IMG/VR virus record: IMGVR_UViG_3300023174_000192
Location: 1-58,288 of that record
Reading direction: 5' to 3' (one strand)
From: a virus
Lineage: Duplodnaviria > Caudoviricetes
Length of the DNA: 58,288 bases
The notes below the pieces were generated by a model. That model was not told the origin of the DNA, did no database searches, and was given only the letters and a program-made list of their open reading frames with translations. Below are positions 9,257 to 18,127 of this stretch, in pieces (positions within the stretch are counted from its first letter, which is position 1; the number at the start of each line of letters is the position of its first letter). The position numbers and the translations under genes were made by a program.

Positions 9257-9502
9257 TCATGCCGCCACCTCGTCACTTACAAACAAAGCTGGCATACCGT
9301 CTTCAATGCAGATTTGGTTAAACCATTCTGCGTAGTCTGCCCAGTCTGGCTCTTTGCCACCAGCTTTCCACAGGGCTGTTTCTTCTTTAACCATTGCCAT
9401 TGGTTCATGCAGCTCGCACTGCATCCAGTCGGACATATCGTCAAAGTGCATACGCAGGATGCGATAAGCCATTGTGAATTCTTGGTAAGACATCTTGGTC
9501 AT
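9257..9502 (-). CDS. Hypothetical protein
   Basis: AGAAAGGG RBS and upstream promoter. Confidence 0.65.
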   Translation of the reverse strand: MTKMSYQEFTMAYRILRMHFDDMSDWMQCELHEPMAMVKEETALWKAGGKEPDWADYAEWFNQICIEDGMPALFVSDEVAA

Positions 9503-9544
9503 TGGTCGGCCCTTTCTGTGGCTCAGACATTTATTTACAATACC

Positions 9545-9585
9545 AGTATAGCTGTAGATATTGCCCTGACAATCACTATTTTGTC
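9545..9585 (-). promoter_or_regulatory. Phage early/middle promoter (GAYAAAAT-N5-TTG class)
   Basis: GACAAAATAGTGA-TTGTCA-16 bp-TATACT. Confidence 0.65.
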
Positions 9586-9746
9586 AAGTAATTATCTCGA
9601 GTTCGTAACTATAGAATTTGACAATTTTAGTATTGATTTTCACATGGATTTTGGCGGCGATCTTCACCACCGTGCCTTTTTCGTTGGAGAGGGTGGAGAC
9701 CGAAGTCCCCACCTTGAAAATACGGAAGCTCCCGTTAGGGTCACGG

Positions 9747-10070
9747 TCAAAGGCCACTGACGCTCCTCCCAAACAGCTTTTCAAGTGTTTCGTACCGCCC
9801 GTAGGCAGACCAGCACTTGAAGTCAGCACTGCCTTTCCAGTCCCAAATGGCGCAGATGTCACCATCTATTTTAAAGGACCAGCTCCACCGCACTTTATCT
9901 TCATCGTCACTGACATTAGGCTCAAAGCCTATTGCCTTCACCATCATGGGGTAGTCGTACCCTACGATGCTGTGGGTTTTGCTACTCAGTATGGGGTGGT
10001 CACATACTTCAATAGCGGGTTTTTTGCGAAACATCAATACCGTGTTCATGTTCATCCCCTTAAATGTCAA
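9747..10070 (-). CDS. Hypothetical protein
   Basis: Contains the FG.P...DK...W......IWDWK pattern common in phage early proteins. Confidence 0.6.
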   Translation of the reverse strand: MTFKGMNMNTVLMFRKKPAIEVCDHPILSSKTHSIVGYDYPMMVKAIGFEPNVSDDEDKVRWSWSFKIDGDICAIWDWKGSADFKCWSAYGRYETLEKLFGRSVSGL

Positions 10071-10425
10071 TGGTTATTCTTGCGCCGTTGAGGGTATCGC
10101 GGATTTTGTCTGTGATACCATCTTCCGAAGCTGACTCTTCAAGGTTGTCAAGCCTGCTTTCAGTGTCCGCAACTTTGTCGTCTAGTGTAGAAAAGTCTTC
10201 TTCTAGCCTAGCTGTGCGCTCGTCAAGAATTTGCAGGCTGCTCGTTATGTTTTCAATACCTTGTAGTCCGTCAAACAAAAGCTCAAAGCGGCGCAAGCGG
10301 TTTTCTAGTTTTTCTATTTGTTCGGCTTGAGAAACAGTTTTATCTACCAGCGTACTGAAATACCGGACGGTGTTGGATATGCTGTACTCAAACTGTTCAC
10401 TTAACTTTTCATTGATGTCGGTCAT
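10060..10425 (-). CDS. Coiled-coil hypothetical protein
   Basis: Heptad-rich acidic sequence; AGGAG RBS. Confidence 0.65.
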   Translation of the reverse strand: MTDINEKLSEQFEYSISNTVRYFSTLVDKTVSQAEQIEKLENRLRRFELLFDGLQGIENITSSLQILDERTARLEEDFSTLDDKVADTESRLDNLEESASEDGITDKIRDTLNGARITIDI

Positions 10426-10505
10426 TTCCACTCTCCTGAAAAAACATAGCTGACTACGATAAATATGGCGACTGCCACTACTAGTCCGTGCATGGTTGAA
10501 GTTCC

Positions 10506-10838
10506 TTAGGTATGGATGGACCATTCGTGGTTTTCGCCATCACTGACCATGCGGACACTAAGGTTGTCTTTAGTTTGTGATGTGCCGTGATAAATTAGGC
10601 CACCGTTGAGCAAACGGCCTGTTTTATCGCTGATGGCCCAACCAAAACTATACTCTGCCCAGTCCTTGCCAATGGACAAGGTTACTTCTTCATGGCGAGG
10701 ATTGTGTGCGTAGTTTGCAGCTAGAAACGTAAGTCTAGACCATGCCTTGCTGAATTGGTCGTAAGCATCAACAGTTTCTGCAAAGCTACGAACATCGTGG
10801 AGATGTTCTAGGTCATGGATAACTACATTGCATTTCAT
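10506..10838 (-). CDS. Hypothetical protein
   Basis: AGAAAGGAG RBS; ends NGGLIYHG...WSIHT, a recurring phage motif. Confidence 0.7.
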   Translation of the reverse strand: MKCNVVIHDLEHLHDVRSFAETVDAYDQFSKAWSRLTFLAANYAHNPRHEEVTLSIGKDWAEYSFGWAISDKTGRLLNGGLIYHGTSQTKDNLSVRMVSDGENHEWSIHT

Positions 10839-10880
10839 AACGAGGCTCCTTTCTACGAGCTAATACCAGTAACAAACCCT

Positions 10881-10921
10881 ATAGTAATGTATGACTTACT
10901 ACAGACAACAGTTATTTTATC
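10881..10921 (-). promoter_or_regulatory. Phage early/middle promoter (GAYAAAAT-N5-TTG class)
   Basis: GATAAAATAACTG-TTGTCT-16 bp-TACTAT. Confidence 0.55.
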
Positions 10922-10922
10922 T

Positions 10923-11108
10923 TTATTTTTCAGTATTTTCTCGTTTGTATCGCCGTGCTTTATCAAATCCTTCGTGCACACATTCTTCGCAGATAATACC
11001 GATGTGATTTGTGTGCTCTAACACGGTGAGTTCTACGCAGAGTGCGATTTTCTGACAGCGTTCACACTCTTCGTCTACGTAAAAGAAGAAAGGAAGTTCT
11101 TTAGCCAT
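10923..11108 (-). CDS. Small Zn-finger-like protein
   Basis: CERC...CEEC pairs; start overlaps the GcrA stop. Confidence 0.55.
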   Translation of the reverse strand: MAKELPFFFYVDEECERCQKIALCVELTVLEHTNHIGIICEECVHEGFDKARRYKRENTEK

Positions 11109-11569
11109 TAGAGGATATTCTTTCTGAATACGATATCTCTGTGAGTTTGACACCAGCTCCCGAACCCGACAACTGACTCTCCACAGCAGATTGTATCTTT
11201 TCCTTGGGTCTCTCCTATCACATAGGAACATTCAAAACCTGCCCTGCGATAAATGAGCTTTACATAACTACCCTCTCTCTCTTTGAGCGGTGAGGCCATT
11301 GCAAAGTCAATTCCTGTTTCAGGCTCGATGGGAGATCGTATAATTTTCCCAAGACGAGGCACGGCTTTGGGAGCGACTTTTTTCGGGCGAGAGACAGCAG
11401 ACATAACATTTACACGGGTGAATGCCTGCTTACCACGAGCCCTAAACAACATGCCTATCACGCTGTTGCGAGTTCTCCCTAACCTTTGGGCTATAGCAGC
11501 AGCAGTAGCCCCGCGTTTGGACTCTTCGATGGCAAAGATACGGTCCTCGACACTCCAATCATTATACAT
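11108..11569 (-). CDS. gcrA: GcrA-like cell-cycle regulator
   Basis: N-terminal W......G.TA..IA..LG.TRNSVIG...R HTH and C-terminal C.Y.IG......CCG......SWC..H Zn motif. Confidence 0.85.
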   Translation of the reverse strand: MYNDWSVEDRIFAIEESKRGATAAAIAQRLGRTRNSVIGMLFRARGKQAFTRVNVMSAVSRPKKVAPKAVPRLGKIIRSPIEPETGIDFAMASPLKEREGSYVKLIYRRAGFECSYVIGETQGKDTICCGESVVGFGSWCQTHRDIVFRKNIL

Positions 11570-11795
11570 GGTGTCCTCCATTAAACAGTTCGTGCACAGA
11601 GTGGGCAATTTGTTCTTCTAACTTGTTGTGTTTGATTTCCTCGCCTACTTCCATTTCCAGCAGCTTTTTGAACTTCCGCCGAGCGAGGATTTCTGCCACA
11701 GCATACAGATCTTGTGTTTCTTGGTCCCTACGGATGTCCGCTCCAGCGGTTTCAATTTGCACCCATCTATAAGCAGCTTCTAACAGTGCACTCAT
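11562..11795 (-). CDS. Hypothetical protein
   Basis: Overlapping ORF in operon. Confidence 0.6.
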   Translation of the reverse strand: MSALLEAAYRWVQIETAGADIRRDQETQDLYAVAEILARRKFKKLLEMEVGEEIKHNKLEEQIAHSVHELFNGGHHV

Positions 11796-12004
11796 TTTCT
11801 TTCTCCTGTTTCCCTTGTTTGGTCCATTGAAATATTTTCTTGTAGCCTGACTTTTGGGTTAGGCCATGTCCAGCACTCACCCGTGTCATCTTGAAAGCAT
11901 ACCCAGAGCAGATGGTGTTCCTGCCCATAGTCAATCAGGAAGTGGGCCTTGGCTGGGCCTTTGGGCGTGTCCATTGGGATGGTTGGGGTTAGCTGGATGA
12001 TCAC
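11792..12004 (-). CDS. Conserved phage hypothetical protein
   Basis: QL.P.IP..TPKG...A...IDY..E....W......GE.W pattern. Confidence 0.7.
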   Translation of the reverse strand: MIIQLTPTIPMDTPKGPAKAHFLIDYGQEHHLLWVCFQDDTGECWTWPNPKVRLQENISMDQTRETGERK

Positions 12005-12204
12005 TCAGTCAATTCCTTTATTTCATTTTGATATTTTTCTCTTGGGCCATTAACAGACGCAGGAGGAAGCCACTCAACTGCATCGGTGGCAATCTCAGCT
12101 AATCTTTTATTGGCTTCCCGCAACCGTTCAATCTCGTCAGCGGCCGCGTCAATGTCATATCTGCCTATGACGCAAAACCGCAACTTTTCAACAATGTCCA
12201 TCAC
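12001..12204 (-). CDS. MDIVExLR/AADEIERLR-family small protein (Ead/Ea22-like)
   Basis: N-terminal 29 aa nearly identical to 12652-12858. Confidence 0.7.
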   Translation of the reverse strand: MMDIVEKLRFCVIGRYDIDAAADEIERLREANKRLAEIATDAVEWLPPASVNGPREKYQNEIKELTE

Positions 12205-12428
12205 TTAGCCCCCCGTGCTTTCATCATGGCATCGGCAATCTTGTAAGACCACACCCCCCATTGATCAAATTGATCAGTGTCAAAGTATGTTCCAGACCGA
12301 GTGATTAACCCTGTTAGTGCCGCCATTGCTAACTTGTCGCGCAGGGCTTTGCGTTCTTGCTCTTTCTCCATCCGAAAACGCATTACTGCGGGATCAGCGT
12401 CCGCCATATCAATCATATGATCCATCAC
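12201..12428 (-). CDS. Small protein with LRD.(F/L)A..A...(A/S)Y..ADAM..AR motif
   Basis: Motif widespread in phage early regions. Confidence 0.7.
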   Translation of the reverse strand: MMDHMIDMADADPAVMRFRMEKEQERKALRDKLAMAALTGLITRSGTYFDTDQFDQWGVWSYKIADAMMKARGAK

Positions 12429-12655
12429 TTTTTCTCCGCTAGTGCTTCTATTGTTTTCCTCATCTCTTCGGGCAGTAAGGCGTAATCATCATCAGGAATA
12501 ACCATGTTCAATCTGATAACAATTTTCCGCAACCGTTCAATCTCGCCTAACAACCCATCGACAAGCACGTCTGGATGCAAAGCATAACTTCTTTTGTTTT
12601 CCATAGGTGGTCGGAAGGATAGGTATTTTTTTGCGTCGTCTACGGCACTCATCAC
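12425..12655 (-). CDS. EIERLR-family small protein
   Basis: Shares the EIERLR box and 14-bp DNA core with its neighbours. Confidence 0.65.
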   Translation of the reverse strand: MMSAVDDAKKYLSFRPPMENKRSYALHPDVLVDGLLGEIERLRKIVIRLNMVIPDDDYALLPEEMRKTIEALAEKK

Positions 12656-12858
12656 TCACCTCCCGTTGCTTTGGCGATGGCGGTTTTTGCTTTGGCGATG
12701 TCGTTTGCAGAAAGCTGATCATGCCAATGCACTATGTGTTTCAGTGCACCTAACAGCTCTGCTTTATCTTGGCGCAGCCGTTCAATCTCGTCAGCGGCAG
12801 CGTTGATGTCGTATCTGCCTGTAACGTAGAATCGTAACTTTTCAACAATGTCCATCAC
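12652..12858 (-). CDS. MDIVExLR/AADEIERLR-family small protein
   Basis: Paralog of 12001-12204; C-terminus ELL.AL...A..AIAKA.G. Confidence 0.7.
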   Translation of the reverse strand: MMDIVEKLRFYVTGRYDINAAADEIERLRQDKAELLGALKHIVHWHDQLSANDIAKAKTAIAKATGGE

Positions 12859-13031
12859 TTGCCTCCCAAGGCTTCACGAGCTCTTTCTTTGTAGTCATCT
12901 ACTGAATGGTAGGTGGTGCTTGCTAACTCACGCAATGCTTCCCGCAACCGTTCAATTTCTTCCCATGCTTCGCGGTGTAAAGGGTCTCCTAAAAACCCAT
13001 GCGAGTCTTTTAATACTTCAACGATGTCCAT
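12855..13031 (-). CDS. MDIVE/EIERLR-family small protein (58 aa, below ORF-track cutoff)
   Basis: Manual translation MDIVEVLKDSHGFLGDPLHREAWEEIERLREALRELASTTYHSVDDYKERAREALGGK; GAAAGGA RBS. Confidence 0.7.
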   Translation of the reverse strand: MDIVEVLKDSHGFLGDPLHREAWEEIERLREALRELASTTYHSVDDYKERAREALGGK

Positions 13032-13159
13032 TGGATTTTCCTTTCACACTTAGGCATACTAGCGACCTTGTCGACTACGGTTACGATGGTGAACGCTATA
13101 GAAATGGTGAACACTACAGCTACAGCCCCAAGGAAAAGTGTTTCAAAGATCCTAAACAT
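13010..13159 (-). CDS. Small membrane protein (49 aa)
   Basis: Manual translation MFRIFETLFLGAVAVVFTISIAFTIVTVVDK...; fills an operon gap. Confidence 0.45.
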   Translation of the reverse strand: MFRIFETLFLGAVAVVFTISIAFTIVTVVDKVASMPKCERKIQWTSLKY

Positions 13160-13482
13160 CACGAATCCTTTAACAGCTTAGGGGCGAAGGTCCGTGGCTC
13201 GTGTTTCTTTAGCCATTTAGCTTCGTACCCGTTAGGAGTGTAGTATGGATCGTATGCGAATTTGACTTGCATCCACATCTTTCCATCTTTGGTAGATTGA
13301 AGCGGAGCGTGGTGAAGGGAGTACTTTTTAGCCAGATCTGCCATTTCTTTATTGAACGGGACGTATATGTCCCCGTTGTAAATATCCATTGGCACACCTA
13401 GTTTAAGAGCTTCGGTGTAGAAAGTTTGTTCTGTTTCAAACTTACTGTCTGCTGATCGTTTTTTGGACATCCAGCCACTCAC
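13159..13482 (-). CDS. Hypothetical protein
   Basis: 107-aa ORF in operon. Confidence 0.6.
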   Translation of the reverse strand: MSGWMSKKRSADSKFETEQTFYTEALKLGVPMDIYNGDIYVPFNKEMADLAKKYSLHHAPLQSTKDGKMWMQVKFAYDPYYTPNGYEAKWLKKHEPRTFAPKLLKDS

Positions 13483-13560
13483 GTTCGTGTGTACCCGATA
13501 TAGATAAAAATTAACAAAATAAGGATATAAACAATAGCGATTTGTACCATTGCTTTGGTA

Positions 13561-13926
13561 TCATCCTTTTGCATGTCCGTACTCCGCTATAAGTTTTTTC
13601 GTTTTCTTTTGATGTTCGGGGGTCATGTAGTACCCGTGCCCGTTGGAAGAGAGAATTTGGATGTCATGCGGTGCGAGTTTTTTCCTTATCCTGTGAATAA
13701 GGACTTTGGGCATCGAATAACTGTAGTGATCTTTCTGCCTGCCGTTAAGTGAAGCAAGCGCGTCTAAAGCATTGTTGGAAATTAAAATTCTTTCATACAA
13801 TGCTTTGAACACCGCATTTTCCTGCGGGGTTAATTCAAATATAATCGCCGCTACCTTGTCACCCCCTAGAGTTTCCTCTAGGGAGCGCAATTTCTCGCGG
13901 AGCAAATCTACTTCCGCTCTGGTCAT
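13561..13926 (-). CDS. OmpR/PhoB-type winged-helix DNA-binding protein without receiver domain (CtrA C-terminus-like)
   Basis: LTPQE..V...L and KV.IHRIRKKL.....I....G.GY match Trans_reg_C. Confidence 0.8.
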   Translation of the reverse strand: MTRAEVDLLREKLRSLEETLGGDKVAAIIFELTPQENAVFKALYERILISNNALDALASLNGRQKDHYSYSMPKVLIHRIRKKLAPHDIQILSSNGHGYYMTPEHQKKTKKLIAEYGHAKG

Positions 13927-14300
13927 GCAGGGTTTTCCCCATTGTTAGGAGCAAGTTTCTGGGCCATGTCCCGTATATCTTGGGTAAGGCGTTCTTCAAC
14001 TTCTGCTACAAACGATGGGCGACCGGATTTATCAACCACATCTGTTTTAGCATAGCCTCCAGCCAAGCTCGCAAGTGTGGCTAGGGTACTGTATGCCTGC
14101 AAATCGAGACGGTTCAAGGTCATTTGTGCTTCGGTAAAAGCCATTTGCATAATGACAATATCGTATTCTGTAACTTCTTTGCCTATTTTGACAGTGGCAC
14201 TGAGTGCTGCTTGCCGATACAGGTGATAGATACTGCCGTATGCTTCTGTGGTTTTGTTAATCCCACGGGCGGCTTCAGTTAGTACGTCTTGCATTTCCAT
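13923..14300 (-). CDS. Hypothetical protein (DUF6378-like all-alpha)
   Basis: L.EA...I.....YG pattern; weak. Confidence 0.5.
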   Translation of the reverse strand: MEMQDVLTEAARGINKTTEAYGSIYHLYRQAALSATVKIGKEVTEYDIVIMQMAFTEAQMTLNRLDLQAYSTLATLASLAGGYAKTDVVDKSGRPSFVAEVEERLTQDIRDMAQKLAPNNGENPA

Positions 14301-14806
14301 TAAATTAATCCTTTCGCTGCAAAGTCACTACGACCAGTTACGTCTTTGGCAAGGGACATCATTGCTTTTGTCCCTCTAGGTATGATGCCGCCCAGTTTTG
14401 CTACGAGTTCATAGCTAACGCTTGGCGGGACAAAAACAGTTTCATCTGTGCCTTCAACCACACCAAACATTATGGGATGCCCATTGACGCTGTGCCCATG
14501 ACGTTGAATAGCTACCAAATCCTCAACGAAAGTAGGTTTTGGCAGTCTATTAACTTGCACGGGGCTAGATTCAGCGCGGGTGAATTCGTGTTTAACAGGT
14601 GCATAGCCTATGTTTTCTATTTCTATTTCTATGCCGAGGTATTTTTGTAGCTTTTCAATGGAATACTCACTAGGGACGTTTTTAAACTTCAGCCATCCGT
14701 AAATGGTTGAAGTATCAAGGCCCGTCGCGTAAGTGAGCGGTTTAATCCCACCTGCCCTTTGTAGGGAAATAGCTATTATCATGAGTGGGGAGTCATTTAA
14801 TTTCAT
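14300..14806 (-). CDS. HTH-containing protein
   Basis: L..ATGLDTSTIYGW.....PS...IEKL Cro/XRE-like HTH. Confidence 0.55.
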   Translation of the reverse strand: MKLNDSPLMIIAISLQRAGGIKPLTYATGLDTSTIYGWLKFKNVPSEYSIEKLQKYLGIEIEIENIGYAPVKHEFTRAESSPVQVNRLPKPTFVEDLVAIQRHGHSVNGHPIMFGVVEGTDETVFVPPSVSYELVAKLGGIIPRGTKAMMSLAKDVTGRSDFAAKGLI

Positions 14807-15272
14807 GTTGTTTCTCCATAAACCACGGTACTTCACGTTTAGTCCACACAGCGATATCAGATTTTGCACCCCTGTAGTAATTGTGATATGCAAAAACTGT
14901 ATCACGATGTTTGTATTCGTCAGGCATTGCCTGCGCGAATTTAGTAAAACCCCTACTAGTAAGCCCTACGGGAGGGCACTTGACTAGCGTTAATACTTCA
15001 GCACACGCATGTATTTTTCTGTAACGATAAGTATACTCATCGCATAGAGCGCGACCTAAGTTCCAAAGCCATTTATAGTTCTCAATACTTTGTCCCGCCC
15101 ACACAGTACATGGATGGTTAGCATGAGTAGCTTTGTAAGGAGCTTCTTCGCCATAGCGATCGTACACAGCACAAAGCATCTGTGCTGTTTCCAGCGGCAT
15201 TTTAACGATGTGCTTATCGCAATGGAACTTGGCTGCTTCTACAGGTTGAGTGCTCAGAACAAATATATTCAT
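14793..15272 (-). CDS. Pyrimidine dimer DNA glycosylase / endonuclease V-like protein
   Basis: MNIF.L..A..HCDKH.VKM.LE.AQML, YK.TH.NHP...W, EYT.RY.K.H, F.QAMP motifs. Confidence 0.8.
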   Translation of the reverse strand: MNIFVLSTQPVEAAKFHCDKHIVKMPLETAQMLCAVYDRYGEEAPYKATHANHPCTVWAGQSIENYKWLWNLGRALCDEYTYRYRKIHACAEVLTLVKCPPVGLTSRGFTKFAQAMPDEYKHRDTVFAYHNYYRGAKSDIAVWTKREVPWFMEKQHEIK

Positions 15273-15508
15273 GGCACTAACGTCTGGTGGGTTGGCCCTA
15301 GTGGACCAACAACAATAGCATAGATCAGAATACGAGCATGGGGGAAAGCAGCCCGTATTTCGTCACGTTCTTCGTGTGCTTCTTTCAGGGTAGGAAAATA
15401 GTTAGTCGTGTATTTTCCAGAACCATGATACCAGCAACAGGAGTAAGCGTTAGCTTCTGCCTGAACCTGCTGGTCGAAAGTTTCACGTGTGAGTTCTGCG
15501 TACTTCAT
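15269..15508 (-). CDS. Hypothetical protein
   Basis: AGAAAGGA RBS and upstream promoter. Confidence 0.6.
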   Translation of the reverse strand: MKYAELTRETFDQQVQAEANAYSCCWYHGSGKYTTNYFPTLKEAHEERDEIRAAFPHARILIYAIVVGPLGPTHQTLVP

Positions 15509-15535
15509 AGGCGTTCCTTTCTTGAACACCTTACC

Positions 15536-15576
15536 AGTATATTACGTTACAATATCATTGCAAGCATCATTTTGTC
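15536..15576 (-). promoter_or_regulatory. Phage early/middle promoter (GAYAAAAT-N5-TTG class)
   Basis: GACAAAATGATGC-TTGCAA-16 bp-TATACT. Confidence 0.65.
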
Positions 15577-16120
15577 AAACACCCTTTAATTTTTGTCTGG
15601 TGCTTTCGATCCACTGGATCACGGGTTTTACCCTGTCAAATTCCAGTGTGCCGAGGAATTTGACATGCAGGTACTTATACGCATTGATGTATACGGGGTC
15701 AAAATAGTGGTTACCGAGTTTAATCTGCTCGGCACTGAACATAAGTAGTTCCAGCATATCGCAAATTTTTAGCTGCCGTTCTTCAATTTCGCTCAAAGCG
15801 AATTGCAGCCCCAACATTTGCTCGGCTTTCTTTTCGGCTTTTTGCAAGGCTTCTGCAAACTCAGGAAAATTCCATTTACTTGTAGAAGGGATATCTCCAA
15901 TGAGAATTTCTGCTACATCATGGTAAAGGGTTGCTAGAATAAGCTGCTTACTCGCATCCGGCCATACTTCGTTCAGCAGGGTAGCAACACCCCAAGAATG
16001 TGCGCTCACTGTTTGGCTGTCTCCCACAGTAGGTACGGTATGAAATCTTTTGATATACGCCGCCGAACGCACTGTCTGCATACGTTCAATGAGCGGCGGC
16101 TTATCCGTCGTGCTTATCAT
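15575..16120 (-). CDS. HD-domain 5'-deoxynucleotidase / dNTP hydrolase (YfbR-like)
   Basis: RFH, V..HS, L.HD.AE...GD.P...K, K..D..E motifs. Confidence 0.85.
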   Translation of the reverse strand: MISTTDKPPLIERMQTVRSAAYIKRFHTVPTVGDSQTVSAHSWGVATLLNEVWPDASKQLILATLYHDVAEILIGDIPSTSKWNFPEFAEALQKAEKKAEQMLGLQFALSEIEERQLKICDMLELLMFSAEQIKLGNHYFDPVYINAYKYLHVKFLGTLEFDRVKPVIQWIESTRQKLKGV

Positions 16121-17997
16121 TTCTTTGCCTTTTCAAAACTTAGTTTCGCTTCCCCCCAATTAGGGCCGAATTCTGCGTCCACCACACTTGGTACTGCGAG
16201 TTCCACGCAGTTTTCCATAATCTCTGCTATTTTCTTAGCTACAGCGGGATCACCCACACTAATATCCAGCTCGTCATGAACTTGGATCATGGGCATAATG
16301 CCTTGTTCATACAGCAGCACCATTGCCTGCTTTGTTTGATCGGCAGCAGACCCCTGTATGAGCCTGTTCAGAGCCTTGTAGGTAAAAGCCCTACGTATAC
16401 TAGCCCCGTGCTCTGCATGGGCGTCCTTGTAGCTTTGTGGCTTATGTATGCCATACTTCATAGGTTCCCAAAGGTCAAAGCGGCATCGCCTGCCTAGCAG
16501 TGTCCGTATAACCCCTTTAGTAGAAGCCCTGTTAGAAGTGTAGTCACTTAACTGCCGCACGAAGGGGACGCGCTCATGGTAAATTTTAAACAGTTCTTCA
16601 GCTTCCGGCAGGTCTAGCCCAAGCTGGTCCGCCAATTTATTTTTGCCCATCCCATAGAAAAGCCCTAAATTGATATCCTTAGCCTTTTTGCGTGGGACAC
16701 CCACAATATCGGCAGCAATCTGGTGGAAGTCTGAATACTTATCTTTTTGGTACTCCTCTACAAAATCGGCAGCACCCGTAAGATCTAGCAAACTCGCATA
16801 ATGAGCCACTAACCGAGGTTCTTGGCTGCTATAGTCAAAAGCCCCCCACAACTGCCCTTCTTCTGGCAGAAACAAGCTACGGATCATAGGGCCAATTTCT
16901 TGGTCACGGGCAGGCAACTGCTGTAGATTAGGGTCGCTATAGCTAAAGCGTCCTGTTACCGTGCCGCCTTCGTCGCTACGCAATGGGTGTATTTCAGCAT
17001 GGATACGGCCCTTGTGCTGATGTTTAAGGATTGCGTCGATAAAGGTAGTGTACGCCTTATTCAATTCGCGAGCCTGAACAATCATCCTAGGAAGCGGATG
17101 TTTATGGGTTTTTAAAAAGCTCTTACCAAAACTAGGTGCGTCGGTCTTAGCTGTCCTGCCGTATTCTAATTTAGCAGCATCAAAAGCGCGAGCAACACTA
17201 GCAGCAGCCCATATATCAACAGGGACACCATACTCTCGTAAAATATGACTGAGAATATCTCGCTCTTTATTCTGTAGCTCGATTTTAATTTTCTCAGCCT
17301 TTTCCAAATCAACTCGTACACCTTTTTCCCTCATCTTTATCGTGACACGTTGAACTTTGAGCTCTAACTCAACAATGCTACTGATTTCTTCCTTTATAAT
17401 CAGCCCTTTAAAATGCTGATACAACCGTAAAGTCATTGCAGCATCTTGCTCTGCGTAGGCTCCTACAAAAACGGCAGGAAGTCGGTACATCTCACTTTTA
17501 GCGTTAACCCCGAAGTCTTTAGCTGACTCGTTTAGCAAGCGTTCATCTTTACGCTCGTTTAGGTAATCCCTGCCCAGATTGTTCAAGCTGTAGCTAAAGC
17601 GGTTCTCATCTAACAAAGGTGCAATAACCATCGTATCTGCAATAAAGCCTAGGACTTCTATCCCCTCAGCTTTAAGCCAACCGACATCATATGGCGCGTT
17701 ATGGAAAACATAGGTTTTTGTAGCATCACTGCAAAGGTCTTTAACCCATGCAAGGGTGCGACGAGGATCCAGATTACCACCATTAAGATGACGGATAGGG
17801 AAGTACCAAGCATCACCGTCAACAGCAACAGCCACTCCAATAACGTGACCATCGCCGCGAGGCCAACCACTTCCACGAACAGTAAGGTGCGGATCATACG
17901 TTTCAAGGTCAATCGCCACTTCTTTTGCGTGTGATAAATTGGGGAAGCTGTCCGGCATCACCCATTCGGTCGGCTGTGTGAACAAAGGTATTTGCAT
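16117..17997 (-). CDS. polA: DNA polymerase, family A (3'-5' exonuclease + polymerase)
   Basis: AIDLET, HNA.YD, YA..DA exo motifs; TGRFS..PNLQQ, DYSSQE.R (A), K.INLGL.YGMG (B), QVHDEL (C). Confidence 0.95.
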   Translation of the reverse strand: MQIPLFTQPTEWVMPDSFPNLSHAKEVAIDLETYDPHLTVRGSGWPRGDGHVIGVAVAVDGDAWYFPIRHLNGGNLDPRRTLAWVKDLCSDATKTYVFHNAPYDVGWLKAEGIEVLGFIADTMVIAPLLDENRFSYSLNNLGRDYLNERKDERLLNESAKDFGVNAKSEMYRLPAVFVGAYAEQDAAMTLRLYQHFKGLIIKEEISSIVELELKVQRVTIKMREKGVRVDLEKAEKIKIELQNKERDILSHILREYGVPVDIWAAASVARAFDAAKLEYGRTAKTDAPSFGKSFLKTHKHPLPRMIVQARELNKAYTTFIDAILKHQHKGRIHAEIHPLRSDEGGTVTGRFSYSDPNLQQLPARDQEIGPMIRSLFLPEEGQLWGAFDYSSQEPRLVAHYASLLDLTGAADFVEEYQKDKYSDFHQIAADIVGVPRKKAKDINLGLFYGMGKNKLADQLGLDLPEAEELFKIYHERVPFVRQLSDYTSNRASTKGVIRTLLGRRCRFDLWEPMKYGIHKPQSYKDAHAEHGASIRRAFTYKALNRLIQGSAADQTKQAMVLLYEQGIMPMIQVHDELDISVGDPAVAKKIAEIMENCVELAVPSVVDAEFGPNWGEAKLSFEKAKK

Positions 17998-18127
17998 TTG
18001 ACTTCACTTTCATGGCGTGACCACACGGGCAGCGGGGCCATCTATTCTTTAGGTTTCGGAAGGTCACTGTGCGACTTTCCTTGCCACACTCACAAACCGC
18101 TTGCATTGTCTTGTTCAACAATTCCAT
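17909..18127 (-). CDS. Small Zn-ribbon protein
   Basis: CECG...CPCG; bridges Nmad1 and polA. Confidence 0.5.
   Translation of the reverse strand: MELLNKTMQAVCECGKESRTVTFRNLKNRWPRCPCGHAMKVKSNANTFVHTADRMGDAGQLPQFITRKRSGD

Noticed and set aside
15575-17997. HD hydrolase plus polA as a 2-aminoadenine (Z-genome) system
   Set aside because: No PurZ/adenylosuccinate synthetase homolog; neighbouring genes point to pyrimidine modification.
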